Shown: positions 19,606 through 29,634 of the stretch, one piece after another
Layout: each line of letters begins with the position of its first letter
Position numbering within the stretch: the stretch's first letter is position 1
Notes under the pieces: model-generated
Database searches by the model: none
What the model saw: the letters and a program-made list of their open reading frames with translations, nothing else
What the model was told of the DNA's origin: nothing
From: an uncultured Corynebacterium sp.
GTDB taxonomy: Bacteria; Actinomycetota; Actinomycetes; Mycobacteriales; Mycobacteriaceae
Assembly (NCBI RefSeq): GCF_946222835.1
Contig: NZ_CAMIHD010000002.1
Span: 45,114 to 109,113 of the forward strand
Reading direction: 5' to 3'
Length of the DNA: 64,000 nt
Made by a program: the position numbers and the translations under genes

Positions 19606-20145
19606 ATGGCTTTCCCAGATGCACAACAATTGACCGATCTTCTGCAGCCGAAGCTCGCTGAGCGGGGACTGGATGTAGAAGACATTAAAACCACCAAAGC
19701 GGGGAAGAAATCCCAGGTGATTATCCGTATTGATGGCGATAAGCGCCCTAGCTCCGACGTGCTGGAGGAAGTATCAAACGATATTTCTGCCTTCTTTGAT
19801 GACAAGGAAGCGCAAGGGGAGTTGAATTTTGGTGCCGGCTATACCTTGGAGGTTTCCACCCCCGGCGTTGATCTGCCGCTGACTGCCCCACGCCACTGGC
19901 GCCGCAATCGGGGGCGCAAAGTCTCTTTCGACCTTGGCGATGGCAAGACACAGACGGCGCGCATTGGTGCGCTTAACGACGCCGCCGATGCCGTAATCCT
20001 CATCACGGCAAGCAAAAAGGACGTGCAAGTGCGTGCCGAGCGATTGGAAAACATTGCCCGGGCAGTGGTAGAAATTGAGTTTGCACAGCCGTCCGAACAG
20101 GAGCTAGCGGCAGTGCAAAAGACGTTTGAAGAAGCCGAGAATTAA
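19606..20145 (+). CDS. rimP: ribosome maturation factor RimP
   Basis: 179-aa ORF immediately upstream of nusA with conserved RimP N- and C-terminal domains. Confidence 0.85.
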   Translation: MAFPDAQQLTDLLQPKLAERGLDVEDIKTTKAGKKSQVIIRIDGDKRPSSDVLEEVSNDISAFFDDKEAQGELNFGAGYTLEVSTPGVDLPLTAPRHWRRNRGRKVSFDLGDGKTQTARIGALNDAADAVILITASKKDVQVRAERLENIARAVVEIEFAQPSEQELAAVQKTFEEAEN

Positions 20146-20168
20146 CCGGCAACCGAGAGGAATGACAA

Positions 20169-21185
20169 GTGAATATTGATCTGCAGGCACTTCGCACCAT
20201 CGAATCCGAGCGCAACGTCCCCGTAAAGGACCTGCTGGAAGCGATTGCGGGTGCCTTGTTGTATTCCTACCTGGATTACCGCGAGTCTAATGCTGGCGGC
20301 AAGGTAGAAGGCGCCAAGTCCCGCGTCGATATCGACGCCACCACCGGTGCGGTCAGCGTCATCGTCTCGGAGCGCGACCCAGAAACTGGGGAAGTAACCA
20401 CCGAATATGATGACACCCCGGAAAACTTTGGACGTGTGGGCGCGCAGGCCGTGCGCGAGGCCATCCTGCGCAAGCTGCGCGAGGCCGAGGCAGAGCGCAC
20501 CTACGATTCCTACTCGGAGCTGACCGGCCGCGTTGTCAGCGGCATCGTCCAGCGCGATGCGCGCGCTAACGCCCGCGGAATCGTCGTGGTCCAGCTGGGC
20601 TCTGAGCTGGAGTCCCAAGACGGCATCTTGCTGCCGGCCGAGCAGATTCCGGGTGAAAAGCTCGAGCATGGTGACCGCATTAAGGCCTATGTCGTAGGCG
20701 TTAACCGCAACGGCGCCCAGGTACAGATCAATCTCTCCCGCACCCACCCGGAGCTGGTGCGTGGCCTTTTCGAGCTCGAAGTTCCAGAAGTTGCTGATGG
20801 CACCGTAGAAATGATTGCCATCGCCCGCGAGGCAGGACACCGTTCCAAGGCGGCTGTTGTGGGTCATGCCAAGGGCCTGAACGCTAAGGGTGCCTGCATT
20901 GGCCCGCGCGGTCAGCGCGTCAATAACATCATGCGCCAGCTTGGCGGTGAAAAGATTGACATTATCGACTTCAGCGAGGATCCAACGGTCTACGTAGGCA
21001 ACGCATTGGCTCCCTCGAAGGTGGTCAAGGTCACCGTTGTAGACAACGAGGCGCAAATCGCGCGCGTGGTGGTGCCGGATTACCAGCTGTCCCTGGCTAT
21101 TGGTAAAGAGGGGCAGAATGCCCGTCTTGCTGCCCGTTTGACCGGTTGGAAGATCGATATTCACTCGGACGCTGACGCTAATTAA
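20169..21185 (+). CDS. nusA: transcription termination/antitermination factor NusA
   Basis: 338-aa ORF with S1 and KH domains and a GPRG motif, in the classic rimP-nusA-infB context. Confidence 0.95.
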   Translation: MNIDLQALRTIESERNVPVKDLLEAIAGALLYSYLDYRESNAGGKVEGAKSRVDIDATTGAVSVIVSERDPETGEVTTEYDDTPENFGRVGAQAVREAILRKLREAEAERTYDSYSELTGRVVSGIVQRDARANARGIVVVQLGSELESQDGILLPAEQIPGEKLEHGDRIKAYVVGVNRNGAQVQINLSRTHPELVRGLFELEVPEVADGTVEMIAIAREAGHRSKAAVVGHAKGLNAKGACIGPRGQRVNNIMRQLGGEKIDIIDFSEDPTVYVGNALAPSKVVKVTVVDNEAQIARVVVPDYQLSLAIGKEGQNARLAARLTGWKIDIHSDADAN

Positions 21186-21269
21186 GGATCTGCGCTTTTG
21201 TAGCGTAGGCTAGTAAACGGCCCAGTTGCAGATTGGGGCATATTGGCGACGCGAAAAGTAAGGAGTTGA

Positions 21270-21617
21270 ATGTCTGAGAGAGTAAGACTCCGGACCTGCA
21301 TCGCTACTCGCCGCCGCCTGCCAGATACGGACTTGCTACGGGTGGTCATCGACCACGATGATCCGCACGGCCGCCGTCTGGTAGCAGATCCACACCGCCG
21401 GCTTCCCGGCCGCGGGGCGTGGATTAGCCCCACATTATCTGCACTCGAGCTGGCGGAGCGCAAACGCGCCTTCAAGCGCGCGCTTCGCACGTCCGCACCC
21501 GTGGACACAGGTCAGGTACGGCAGTACTTGGAAGCGCAAAGCGGACAAGTACCTAGCGCGGAAGATGCCGCGTTAGATTCGTACGAACCAGAGTTACAAA
21601 GGAAGACCGAACACTGA
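21270..21617 (+). CDS. ylxR: YlxR/DUF448 RNA-binding protein
   Basis: 115-aa ORF with the CIATRRRLPDTDLLRVV motif between nusA and infB. Confidence 0.85.
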   Translation: MSERVRLRTCIATRRRLPDTDLLRVVIDHDDPHGRRLVADPHRRLPGRGAWISPTLSALELAERKRAFKRALRTSAPVDTGQVRQYLEAQSGQVPSAEDAALDSYEPELQRKTEH

Positions 21618-21723
21618 TGAGCGCACAACGATGAAGCATCAGCGATGAAAGTCCTACACACCTAACTAGGGGTCAGGCCAGTTTCCGCGGCCTTGGCTCC
21701 TAGTCGATACCAAGAGGAGACAA

Positions 21724-24558
21724 GTGCCCGGAAAGCTACGTGTTCACGAGCTCGCAAAGCAGCTCGGAGTAACCAGCAAGGAACTGCTCGCCACCCTGAA
21801 AGAACAGGGTGAGTTTGTAAAGACTGCTTCTTCCACCATCGAACCGCCGGTGGTTAAGAAGATGCGAGCTCATTATGAAGCACAGTCCGGCGGCGATGAT
21901 GCCGCCGAGAAGAAGCAAGACAATAAGCCTGCCAAGGGTGCCGCTAAGAGCACCGCAAAGGCGAGCGCCCCTAAGCCGGGTGCGAAGTCTGCCGCCCCTA
22001 AGCCGGGCGCAGAGGCGCCAAAGCCAGGCGCGAAGGCCGCTGCACCGAAGCCTGGCCAGGGCGCACCGAAGCCGGGACAGGGTGCTGCTGCTAAGCCCGG
22101 TGCAAAGCCAGCTGCCCCGAAGCCGGGCGCACAGGCCCCGAAGCCTGGTGCTAAGCCTGCTGCACCGAAGCCTGGCCAGGGCGCACCGAAGCCAGGACAG
22201 GCTGGCGGCAAGAAGTCGGGCGAGCGCCCGACCCCAGGCAATTCCATGCCTCGTCCAATGCCGAAGCCAGGCGGTTCCCGTCGCGTAGCCAATAACCCGT
22301 TCTCCACGGGTGGCGGCGACAACCGTCCGGGCCCCCGCCCAGGCGGCTCCAAGGGGCAGCGTGGCGGCAATAAGCCAGGCGATAACCGCGGTAAGCGCGG
22401 TGGCCAGAACGAGGGCGGAAATAACCGCCAGGGTGGCAATAACCAGGGTGGCGGCGGTCGTCGTCCATCCCCGGCCATGATGCCGTCCCACCCGAACCCT
22501 GCGTCGATGCCGTCTAAGGCACCGAGCGGCGGTGGACGTGGTGGTCGCGGTCGAGGCGGTCGCGGTGGTCCGAGTCACGGTGGCCCAGGTGGTGGCCGTC
22601 CAGGCGGTTTCCGCGGAGGCGGACGCGGCGGACGTCGCGGCGGCACCGCGGGTGCATTCGGCCGCCCAGGTGGCGCTCCACGTAAGGGCAAGAAGTCCAA
22701 GCGTCAGAAGCGCCATGAGTACGAGGAGCAGCAAAAGCATGTCGTAGGCGGCGTGCGCTTGCCAGACGGCAAGGGCCAGACCGTCCGCCTGCGTCGTGGC
22801 GCATCCCTATCTGACTTCGCCGAGAAGATCGGCGCGGATCCAGCAGCACTGGTGCAGGCACTGTTCAACCTCGGTGAAATGGTGACGGCAACCGCTTCCG
22901 TATCGGAAGATACGCTGCAGCTGCTTGGCTCCGAGATCAACTACAACGTCGAGGTCGTCTCCCCTGAGGACGAGGACCGCGAGCTGCTCGAGTCCTTCGA
23001 CCTGAAGTTCGGCGAGGACGAAGGCGACGAGGAAGCACTGGAGAATCGTCCTCCAGTCGTCTCCGTTATGGGTCACGTTGACCACGGTAAGACCCGCCTG
23101 TTGGACGCCATCCGTAAGACCAACGAGGGCGCCCGCGAGGAAGGCGGTATCACCCAGGGCATTGGTGCCTACCAAACCACGGTGGACGTGGACGGCGAGC
23201 GCACCATCACCTTCCTGGATACCCCGGGCCACGAGGCCTTTACCGCCATGCGTGCCCGTGGTGCTAAGTCCACCGACTTGGCCATCCTCGTGGTTGCCGC
23301 CGATGACGGCGTCATGCCACAGACCGTGGAGGCCATCAACCACGCCAAGGCTGCCGATATTCCGGTCGTCGTGGCTGTGAACAAGGTGGATAAGCCGGAA
23401 GCTCAGCCGGATAAGATCCGTGGCCAGCTCACCGAGTACGGCCTGGTTCCGGAAGAGTACGGCGGTGACACCATGTTCGTGGATATCTCCGCGAAGCAGG
23501 GCAAGAACATTGACCAGTTGCTTGAGTCGGTCATCCTGACCGCGGATGCCGCCTTGGAGCTGACCGCTAACCCGGACATGGACGCACAGGGCGTGGCCAT
23601 TGAGTCGCACCTGGATCGCGGCCGTGGTCCGGTGGCAACGGTCATCATTCAGCGCGGTACCTTGCACGTGGGTGACTCAATCGTCGTCGGTGATGCGCAC
23701 GGTCGTGTCCGCCGCATGCTCGATGAGTTCGGCGAAGACGTCAAAGAGGCTGGCCCATCCCGTCCGGTGCAGGTCCAGGGCCTGTCCGGTGTGCCGGGTG
23801 CAGGCGATAACCTGCTCGTGGTGGAAGATGACCGCGTCGCCCGCCAGATTGCTAACCAGCGTGATGCGCGCAAGCGCTCTGCCCTGCAGGCCAAGCAGCG
23901 AAAGCGCGTCTCCCTGGAGGATCTGGACAAGGTATTGCAGGAGACTTCGACCCTCAACCTCATCCTCAAGGGCGACAACGCCGGTTCCGTCGAGGCACTG
24001 GAAGATGCCCTGCTGGATATCAAGACCGAGGACGAAGTCGAGCTCAACATCATCGACCGTGGTGTCGGTGCTGTGACCGAGACCAACGTATCTCTCGCAG
24101 CGGCTTCCGACGCCGTCATTATTGCCTTCAACACTCGTGCGGAAGGCAAGGCAACGGAGATGGCTACCCAAGAGGGCGTGGATATTCGTTACTACACGAT
24201 CATCTACAAGGCCATCGAAGAGGTCGAGGCTGCGCTCAAGGGCATGCTCAAGCCGATTTACGAGGAACGCGACACCGGTGCTGCCGAAATCCGCGCCCTG
24301 TTCAAGTCCTCCGCGGTGGGTACCATCGCCGGCTGCATGGTTACCGAGGGCAAGGTTGTCCGCAACGGCAAGGTTCGCCTGCTGCGCGATAACAACGTCA
24401 TCACTGCCGACGCCAAGATTGAATCCTTGCGCCATGAAAAAGATGACGCAACCGAAATCAAGGCCGGCTACGAGTGCGGTATGGTGCTCTCTTACCCGGA
24501 TATTCAGGTAGGCGACATCATCCAGGCCTACGAAGAGGTCGAGGTTCCGCGTACCTAG
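21724..24558 (+). CDS. infB: translation initiation factor IF-2
   Basis: GTG start. The N-terminus has a Pro/Ala/Lys repeat region, and the G-domain carries GHVDHGKT and DTPGH motifs. 944 aa. Confidence 0.95.
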   Translation: MPGKLRVHELAKQLGVTSKELLATLKEQGEFVKTASSTIEPPVVKKMRAHYEAQSGGDDAAEKKQDNKPAKGAAKSTAKASAPKPGAKSAAPKPGAEAPKPGAKAAAPKPGQGAPKPGQGAAAKPGAKPAAPKPGAQAPKPGAKPAAPKPGQGAPKPGQAGGKKSGERPTPGNSMPRPMPKPGGSRRVANNPFSTGGGDNRPGPRPGGSKGQRGGNKPGDNRGKRGGQNEGGNNRQGGNNQGGGGRRPSPAMMPSHPNPASMPSKAPSGGGRGGRGRGGRGGPSHGGPGGGRPGGFRGGGRGGRRGGTAGAFGRPGGAPRKGKKSKRQKRHEYEEQQKHVVGGVRLPDGKGQTVRLRRGASLSDFAEKIGADPAALVQALFNLGEMVTATASVSEDTLQLLGSEINYNVEVVSPEDEDRELLESFDLKFGEDEGDEEALENRPPVVSVMGHVDHGKTRLLDAIRKTNEGAREEGGITQGIGAYQTTVDVDGERTITFLDTPGHEAFTAMRARGAKSTDLAILVVAADDGVMPQTVEAINHAKAADIPVVVAVNKVDKPEAQPDKIRGQLTEYGLVPEEYGGDTMFVDISAKQGKNIDQLLESVILTADAALELTANPDMDAQGVAIESHLDRGRGPVATVIIQRGTLHVGDSIVVGDAHGRVRRMLDEFGEDVKEAGPSRPVQVQGLSGVPGAGDNLLVVEDDRVARQIANQRDARKRSALQAKQRKRVSLEDLDKVLQETSTLNLILKGDNAGSVEALEDALLDIKTEDEVELNIIDRGVGAVTETNVSLAAASDAVIIAFNTRAEGKATEMATQEGVDIRYYTIIYKAIEEVEAALKGMLKPIYEERDTGAAEIRALFKSSAVGTIAGCMVTEGKVVRNGKVRLLRDNNVITADAKIESLRHEKDDATEIKAGYECGMVLSYPDIQVGDIIQAYEEVEVPRT
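22039..22200 (+). repeat. in-frame tandem repeat (about 120-bp period) inside infB N-terminal domain
   Basis: GCTGCACCGAAGCCTGGCCAGGGCGCACCGAAGCC(G/A)GGACAGG occurs at 22039-22080 and again at 22159-22200. It encodes repeated [13 protein letters not shown] units. Confidence 0.7.
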
Positions 24559-24573
24559 TCCGCAAGCGGCGTA

Positions 24574-24626
24574 AATAAAATCGCCAGGTGTTTCCCCGAT
24601 TGGGGAAGCCCTGGCGATTTTATTTG
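24574..24626. terminator. bidirectional Rho-independent terminator after infB
   Basis: AATAAAATCGCCAGG ... CCTGGCGATTTTATTT with an inner TTCCCCGATTGGGGAA hairpin, flanked by A-tract and T-tract. Confidence 0.75.
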
Positions 24627-24687
24627 CAGCTTCTGCTGAACTTTAGTATTTAAACTATCTAGACAGGTTTACGACAAGTTGGGTTTG

Positions 24688-25128
24688 CTAATGCGTGCCT
24701 TGTTTAGCAGAGAAGTTGAGGAATGCAAGAAATTTTTCGGCCTTGATTTGGGGCTCACCAAGCAGGTCGAATACCCAGTCCTCAAGTGGGAGCATTTCCT
24801 TGTTGCCATCGTTGAACCGAAGGCCGATACTATTTTCCGTAGCCTCGCCGTGGGCCAAGTCCGACCACGTTCCAGTGCGTTTCGAAAGTAGCCATTGGCC
24901 CAAAACGTAGGTGATTCCTATTCTTCCTTCTTCGGCTTTTGTGCTGGAAGTGAGCAACCTGTGCAGTACCACTTCACTAATCTGTTCTTGATCGTTTAGC
25001 CACTCTTGCGTGAGTTTAGCCCTTTCGAGGCAGCTTGCTGCTTTGTTCGGAGCATCGGCGTGAAACTCATTTAAAGGCTGGGGCGTGACGCTCGCTGTTT
25101 CTGGCTTAGATTGGTTTTGGTCTTGCAA
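24688..25128 (-). CDS. hypothetical acidic cytoplasmic protein (island gene 3), TTG start
   Basis: 146-aa ORF starting at TTG, 6 nt after the stop of the upstream gene. An AAGGA SD lies 9 nt upstream, embedded in the 3' end of that gene. No signal peptide. It sits in the low-GC region. Confidence 0.5.
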   Translation of the reverse strand: MQDQNQSKPETASVTPQPLNEFHADAPNKAASCLERAKLTQEWLNDQEQISEVVLHRLLTSSTKAEEGRIGITYVLGQWLLSKRTGTWSDLAHGEATENSIGLRFNDGNKEMLPLEDWVFDLLGEPQIKAEKFLAFLNFSAKQGTH

Positions 25129-25131
25129 ATC

Positions 25132-25410
25132 CTAGGTCCTTAGATGCCATACTCCGTTTCCCCAGTTGCTTTCGTAATTGCAACTTGCTCTTCTCGCCCA
25201 ATTAGCTGTCGCTGGGTCTTTACGTAACTCCTTCAGCGATCTTTCACACTGATCTTTTGTGTCATAAAGGAAGTTTCCGATGTCGGCGGTGGCAATATTT
25301 GAGGAAAGAAGGAGGGAAAATGCTGATACAATCGCGATGATTAGGGTCCTCATTCTGCTGCGTGTATCTAGCATTCTTGAATACCGTCCATTCGCTTTGT
25401 CGGAGACCAT
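25132..25410 (-). CDS. small secreted protein (island gene 2), signal peptide, two Cys in a mature ~55-aa peptide
   Basis: ATG with an AGGA SD 8 nt upstream. Signal peptide MRTLIIAIVSAFSLLLSSNIATA. The mature part contains C...C (DQCERSL ... RASCNYESNW). Confidence 0.5.
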   Translation of the reverse strand: MVSDKANGRYSRMLDTRSRMRTLIIAIVSAFSLLLSSNIATADIGNFLYDTKDQCERSLKELRKDPATANWARRASCNYESNWGNGVWHLRT

Positions 25411-25536
25411 TCAAAGTTCCTCCGCGAATGTGCTTTTACCAACAGGCATTGTGTGTCGAAATCAAATGCAACGATTACTTTGACGTTCATATCAAAATCG
25501 CAATCGTTATAGACTTGAATTGCGCCCTTTTCCTTC

Positions 25537-25797
25537 TCAGAATGAATGCAAGCAGGAACAGGATCTCCCGGGCTTCTTTCCCCCTGTGGAATATGGTTGC
25601 AGGCTTGGGGCGCCGTCAGAATCTACATTGAGAATGACGAATTGAGGGGGATCGTTAAGCGTTTCATTTGTGGCAGAGGCTGGAGGGACTGCAAAGCCGC
25701 CGAGGATACAAGCGGCGGTAGTGATCGATGCGGCTATTTTATAAGGTTTCACGTTTCTCCATTCAAGCTCGTGGTGGGGTGAAACACTTTTGACCAT
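25537..25797 (-). CDS. possible small secreted protein (island gene 1)
   Basis: 86-aa ORF with hydrophobic signal-like segment KIAASITTAACILGGFAVPPASA and a C-terminal CSC. It has no clear SD, so this is a weaker call. Confidence 0.3.
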   Translation of the reverse strand: MVKSVSPHHELEWRNVKPYKIAASITTAACILGGFAVPPASATNETLNDPPQFVILNVDSDGAPSLQPYSTGGKKPGRSCSCLHSF

Positions 25798-25991
25798 AGT
25801 TTCGGAAACGTTTTAATTCAAGGGGTCCATAAGATATATATATGGTTTTATTGCATGTTCGAGATCCTCAGAATTGCCTTCATGTGCAGTTAATTTTCTG
25901 CCACAGGACATGCATGCGGAGTAATGTAAGATGGACACAATTTTATAGATCTTGGTAGAGATCGATAGTTCGACGGAGAGGGAGTTGCACC

Positions 25992-26435
25992 ATGGTTGAC
26001 CACGCGCGTGCTGCACGAATGGCCAAGCGTATTAAGGAAATCGTGGCGAGTGCCATAGAACGCGAGATCAAGGATCGCCGCCTCGAGTTGGTGACCATCA
26101 CAGATACTCGAGTGACAGGCGACCTGCACGATGCCACCGTTTTTTATACCGTGCGCGGAAAAGACATTGACTCCGAGCCAGACTTCGCACAAGCAGAAGA
26201 AGCCCTCAAGCGCGCTAAAGGTCAGCTGCGCAAGATTGTGGGCGATCAACTCTCGGTGCGGTTTACCCCGACGCTAACCTTCGAGGTCGATACTGTTCCC
26301 GAGGCTTCTGCTCATATGGAAGAGCTTTTGGCCCGTGCTCGCGCCCGCGATGAAGAACTAGCAAAGCTGAAGGAAATCGCCCAGCCGGCAGGGGATGCGA
26401 ACCCGTATAAGACCTCCGATGAAGACGAGGCTTAA
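25992..26435 (+). CDS. rbfA: ribosome-binding factor A
   Basis: 147-aa ORF with conserved RbfA KH-like core ([20 protein letters not shown]) and a GGAGAGGGAG SD. Confidence 0.9.
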   Translation: MVDHARAARMAKRIKEIVASAIEREIKDRRLELVTITDTRVTGDLHDATVFYTVRGKDIDSEPDFAQAEEALKRAKGQLRKIVGDQLSVRFTPTLTFEVDTVPEASAHMEELLARARARDEELAKLKEIAQPAGDANPYKTSDEDEA

Positions 26436-27398
26436 GTGACTAAGAAGCAATACCAGCCGGCAGTTGCCGCCTTGCATGATGCTCATAGCATCTGCATTGT
26501 GACGCACCTGCGGCCGGATGCCGATGCCATCGGCTCTGCTGCGGCGTTGCTGCTCGCGCTGCGCCAACGGGGCAAAGATGTGTGTGCCGTTGTGGGCCAG
26601 GAGCGGGAAATTTCCCGTAACCTTTACACCATTCCTGCCGCCGACGACGTCACCACTAGTCGTGAGCTGCCGGAAGGCTATGACCTCTACGTCACCGTTG
26701 ATTGTGGTTCTTTAGACCGGACGGGCTTTTTTGCAGATCGGATTGAGCAGCTAGCCCAGCAGGGCCGGGTTCTGTGCATTGACCATCATTCTTCTAATCC
26801 AGGGTTTGGTGCCATCAATGTGGTAGACACTGAATGTGAATCCACCACCGTGGTGTTGCTGAGCATCTTGGATTCATTGGAGATTCAAATTGACTGTCAT
26901 ATTGCACACTGCTTATATGCCGGTTTGATGACCGATACTGGCAGCTTCCGCTGGGGTAGGCCGGCTATGCACGATATTGCCACCCGCCTCATGCACTACG
27001 ATCTCGATACCAAGCAGATCGCAGCTGACCTTTTAGATTCCACCACACCGGACGATCTTCAGATGATCGGTAGGGTACTGGCCGGTTTGGGCCTCGAAGA
27101 AGCAGGGGAGCACACCCTAGGCATTCTCGTCGCGCGTCTGGAAGATATCCAGGGACACTCCGATTCGGCTGTCGAATCACTAGTGGAGTTCGTTCGCGCG
27201 CTAGAAGGAACCACCGTCGGCGTGGTGTTTAAGGAACAAGCTCCGGAGGTGTGGGCAGTTTCCTTGCGTTCTTCTCGCATCGATTGTTCTTCGGTGGCGC
27301 TAACCTTCGGCGGTGGCGGACATGTACCGGCCGCGGGCTATACCGCTCACGGGGCTCCGGAAAAAATTATTAAGGAATTGGTGGCCGCTATCCAATGA
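26436..27398 (+). CDS. nrnA: DHH-DHHA1 phosphoesterase (NrnA/CnpB-like nanoRNase / pAp / c-di-AMP phosphodiesterase)
   Basis: Motifs VTHLRPDADAIGS and DHHSSN, plus a C-terminal GGGH (DHHA1). Its position after rbfA matches Mtb Rv2837c. Confidence 0.8.
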   Translation: MTKKQYQPAVAALHDAHSICIVTHLRPDADAIGSAAALLLALRQRGKDVCAVVGQEREISRNLYTIPAADDVTTSRELPEGYDLYVTVDCGSLDRTGFFADRIEQLAQQGRVLCIDHHSSNPGFGAINVVDTECESTTVVLLSILDSLEIQIDCHIAHCLYAGLMTDTGSFRWGRPAMHDIATRLMHYDLDTKQIAADLLDSTTPDDLQMIGRVLAGLGLEEAGEHTLGILVARLEDIQGHSDSAVESLVEFVRALEGTTVGVVFKEQAPEVWAVSLRSSRIDCSSVALTFGGGGHVPAAGYTAHGAPEKIIKELVAAIQ

Positions 27399-28735
27399 GA
27401 AATAGGCAGACGGATGGAATGAACGCTCAGGATCGCTCCACCGCTGGCACGGTAACCGCACGCGAGGTCTTTGGCCTCGCGTTTCCCGCGCTTGGCGTAC
27501 TTGCGGCCATGCCGCTCTACCTTTTGCTAGATACCGCGGTTGTTGGTCGTCTAGGTGCCCAAGAGCTCGCCTCACTTGCTGCAGCCACCACAATTCACTC
27601 CGTGGTGACGACGCAGTTGACTTTCTTGTCCTACGGCACGACCGCTCGTTCTGCTCGGCTCTTTGGCTCCGGCAAGCGCGAAGCGGCGGTTGCAGAAGGC
27701 GTGCAGGCCACCTATGTGGCTCTAGGAGTAGGCGGGTTGCTCGCGGTAATCATGTGGATTTTCGGCGGAGTATTTGCCCGCGCCTTAACCGGTGATCCCA
27801 CCACGGCCGCCGGGACGGCCTTGTGGCTGCGCATCGCAGCTCTGGCTATTCCCGTTACTTTGGTGGAGATGGCCGGAAATGGCTGGATGCGCGGTGTCCA
27901 AGATACGAAGAAGCCACTGTACTTTACTTTGTCTGGCATGATTCCCGGCGCTATTGCGGTGCCCATTTTCGTCCATTTCTGGGGGCTGGCAGGCTCGGCT
28001 ATTGCCACGGTATTAGGCATGAGCATTATTGCTGCGCTATTCGTCCGCGAATTGCATAAGGAACATACCGGCTCCTGGCAATTTCAGTGGCATGTGGTAC
28101 GCGAACAGCTCATCTTAGGCCGCGATCTCATCCTGCGTTCGGCTAGTTTCCAGGTGGCCTTTCTTACCGCCACGGCTGTGGTTTCCCGCGTTGGTACCGC
28201 TTCTTTGGCCGGTCACCAGATCATGATGCAGCTGTGGAACTTCATGTCCCTCATCTTGGATTCGTTGGCCATTGCCGCGCAATCATTGACTGGTGCGGCC
28301 CTTGGTGCTGGCTCTGCGCGGCACGCACGCAGTGTGGGCAGCAAGGTGGCGTTGTACTCTACGATTTTCTCTGGCCTCTTGGCTGTCGTATTTGCTGCTG
28401 GTGCAGGGATTATTCCGCGTATCTTCACCTCCTCTCCGGAAGTGCTCGATGCCATCTCCCAGCCGTGGTGGATCCTGGTAGCCATGGTTATCGGCGGTGG
28501 CGTGGTCTTCGCCTTCGATGGTGTCTTGCTGGGCGCGGGCGATGCTGCCTTCTTGCGCACGCTGACTATTTCTTCGGTCCTGGTGGGATTTTTGCCGGGC
28601 GTTATCTTGGCCCACTTTATGGGCACAGGCTTAACCGGCGTGTGGTGTGGACTTGCCGCCTTCATTGCTTTCCGCATGGTGGGTGTCGTCTACCGGTTCC
28701 GATCGATGAAATGGGCCGTAGTGCAGGAGCGTTAG
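27395..28735 (+). CDS. dinF: MATE family efflux transporter (DinF-like)
   Basis: 446-aa ORF with 12 predicted TM helices. Synteny matches Mtb Rv2836c. Confidence 0.8.
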   Translation: MRNRQTDGMNAQDRSTAGTVTAREVFGLAFPALGVLAAMPLYLLLDTAVVGRLGAQELASLAAATTIHSVVTTQLTFLSYGTTARSARLFGSGKREAAVAEGVQATYVALGVGGLLAVIMWIFGGVFARALTGDPTTAAGTALWLRIAALAIPVTLVEMAGNGWMRGVQDTKKPLYFTLSGMIPGAIAVPIFVHFWGLAGSAIATVLGMSIIAALFVRELHKEHTGSWQFQWHVVREQLILGRDLILRSASFQVAFLTATAVVSRVGTASLAGHQIMMQLWNFMSLILDSLAIAAQSLTGAALGAGSARHARSVGSKVALYSTIFSGLLAVVFAAGAGIIPRIFTSSPEVLDAISQPWWILVAMVIGGGVVFAFDGVLLGAGDAAFLRTLTISSVLVGFLPGVILAHFMGTGLTGVWCGLAAFIAFRMVGVVYRFRSMKWAVVQER

Positions 28736-28821
28736 CTGCGCTAAAGTGGGCGTGTTGATACTCTCGCGCGGTGTGCGTCTCCGTGCAGCGCGCAGCTTCT
28801 AGAAAGGCAGGTGAGAAACCT

Positions 28822-29634
28822 ATGCCAACAGTGTGGGCGGTTTCTGACCTGCATGGAGCGGTCAGTGCCAATAGTAAACGCATTGATCGGCTTACTCCGC
28901 CCGATCCCGCGGATTGGCTCATTGTGGCCGGGGACGTTGCAGAGCGCACCGATCTCATCGTTCGCATTTTGCGCCAGCTCAATGATCGCTATGCCAGGGT
29001 CATCTGGGTGCCGGGCAACCATGAGTTATTCTCTCGCTCCCAGGATCGGTATCAAGGTCGAGATAAGTATGCGCACCTGGTGGAAAGGTGCAGGGAAATT
29101 GGAGTTATTACTCCAGAAGACCCGTATCCGGTATTTCACGGGACTACCATCGTTCCGCTATTTACTTTGTATGATTACAGTTTCCGTCCGCATGGCCTTA
29201 GCGTGGACGAAGCCATTGACGCGGCGCGCGCAAAACAACTGATGATGACCGATGAGTTCGCCATCGCCCCCTTCGTAGACGTGCGGGCGTGGTGTTGGGA
29301 CAGGTTGGCCTATTCCATCAAGCGCCTTTCCCGAGTACATGGTCCTACCGTGCTGGTTAACCATTGGCCGTTGGTCCAAGAACCAACCATGCTGTTGCGC
29401 TTTCCGGAAATTGCCTTGTGGTGCGGAACCAGGCATACGCGGTCGTGGCCGCGGCGCTATAACGCGGAGTCGGTCATCTATGGGCACCTGCATATGCCGT
29501 CTCGCATGAATGTGGATGGCGTTGACCACATCGAGACGTCATTGGGGTATCCACGCGAATGGCAGGGGCGCGACAGCGCCCAGGCGTGGCCGTATCCGGT
29601 ACTGCGTTCTTTTGAAGGGGAGGAGGCACGATGA
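28822..29634 (+). CDS. calcineurin-like metallophosphoesterase
   Basis: Motifs SDLHG, VAGDVAE and VPGNHE. I chose the start at the ATG with a purine-rich SD-like stretch (AAAGGCAGGTGAGAAACC). Its stop overlaps the pptT start (ATGATGA). Confidence 0.8.
   Translation: MPTVWAVSDLHGAVSANSKRIDRLTPPDPADWLIVAGDVAERTDLIVRILRQLNDRYARVIWVPGNHELFSRSQDRYQGRDKYAHLVERCREIGVITPEDPYPVFHGTTIVPLFTLYDYSFRPHGLSVDEAIDAARAKQLMMTDEFAIAPFVDVRAWCWDRLAYSIKRLSRVHGPTVLVNHWPLVQEPTMLLRFPEIALWCGTRHTRSWPRRYNAESVIYGHLHMPSRMNVDGVDHIETSLGYPREWQGRDSAQAWPYPVLRSFEGEEAR

Noticed and set aside
24688-25797. Hypothesis that the three same-frame minus-strand ORFs in the AT-rich island are one about 370-aa gene inactivated by nonsense mutations.
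   Set aside because: Reading the frame between ORF1 and ORF2 shows a TGA immediately upstream of the ORF2 ATG and another TGA 17 codons further up. The ORF2 and ORF3 starts each have their own good SD, so separate small genes fit better. The ORF2/ORF3 single-amber alternative is retained as a minor possibility.
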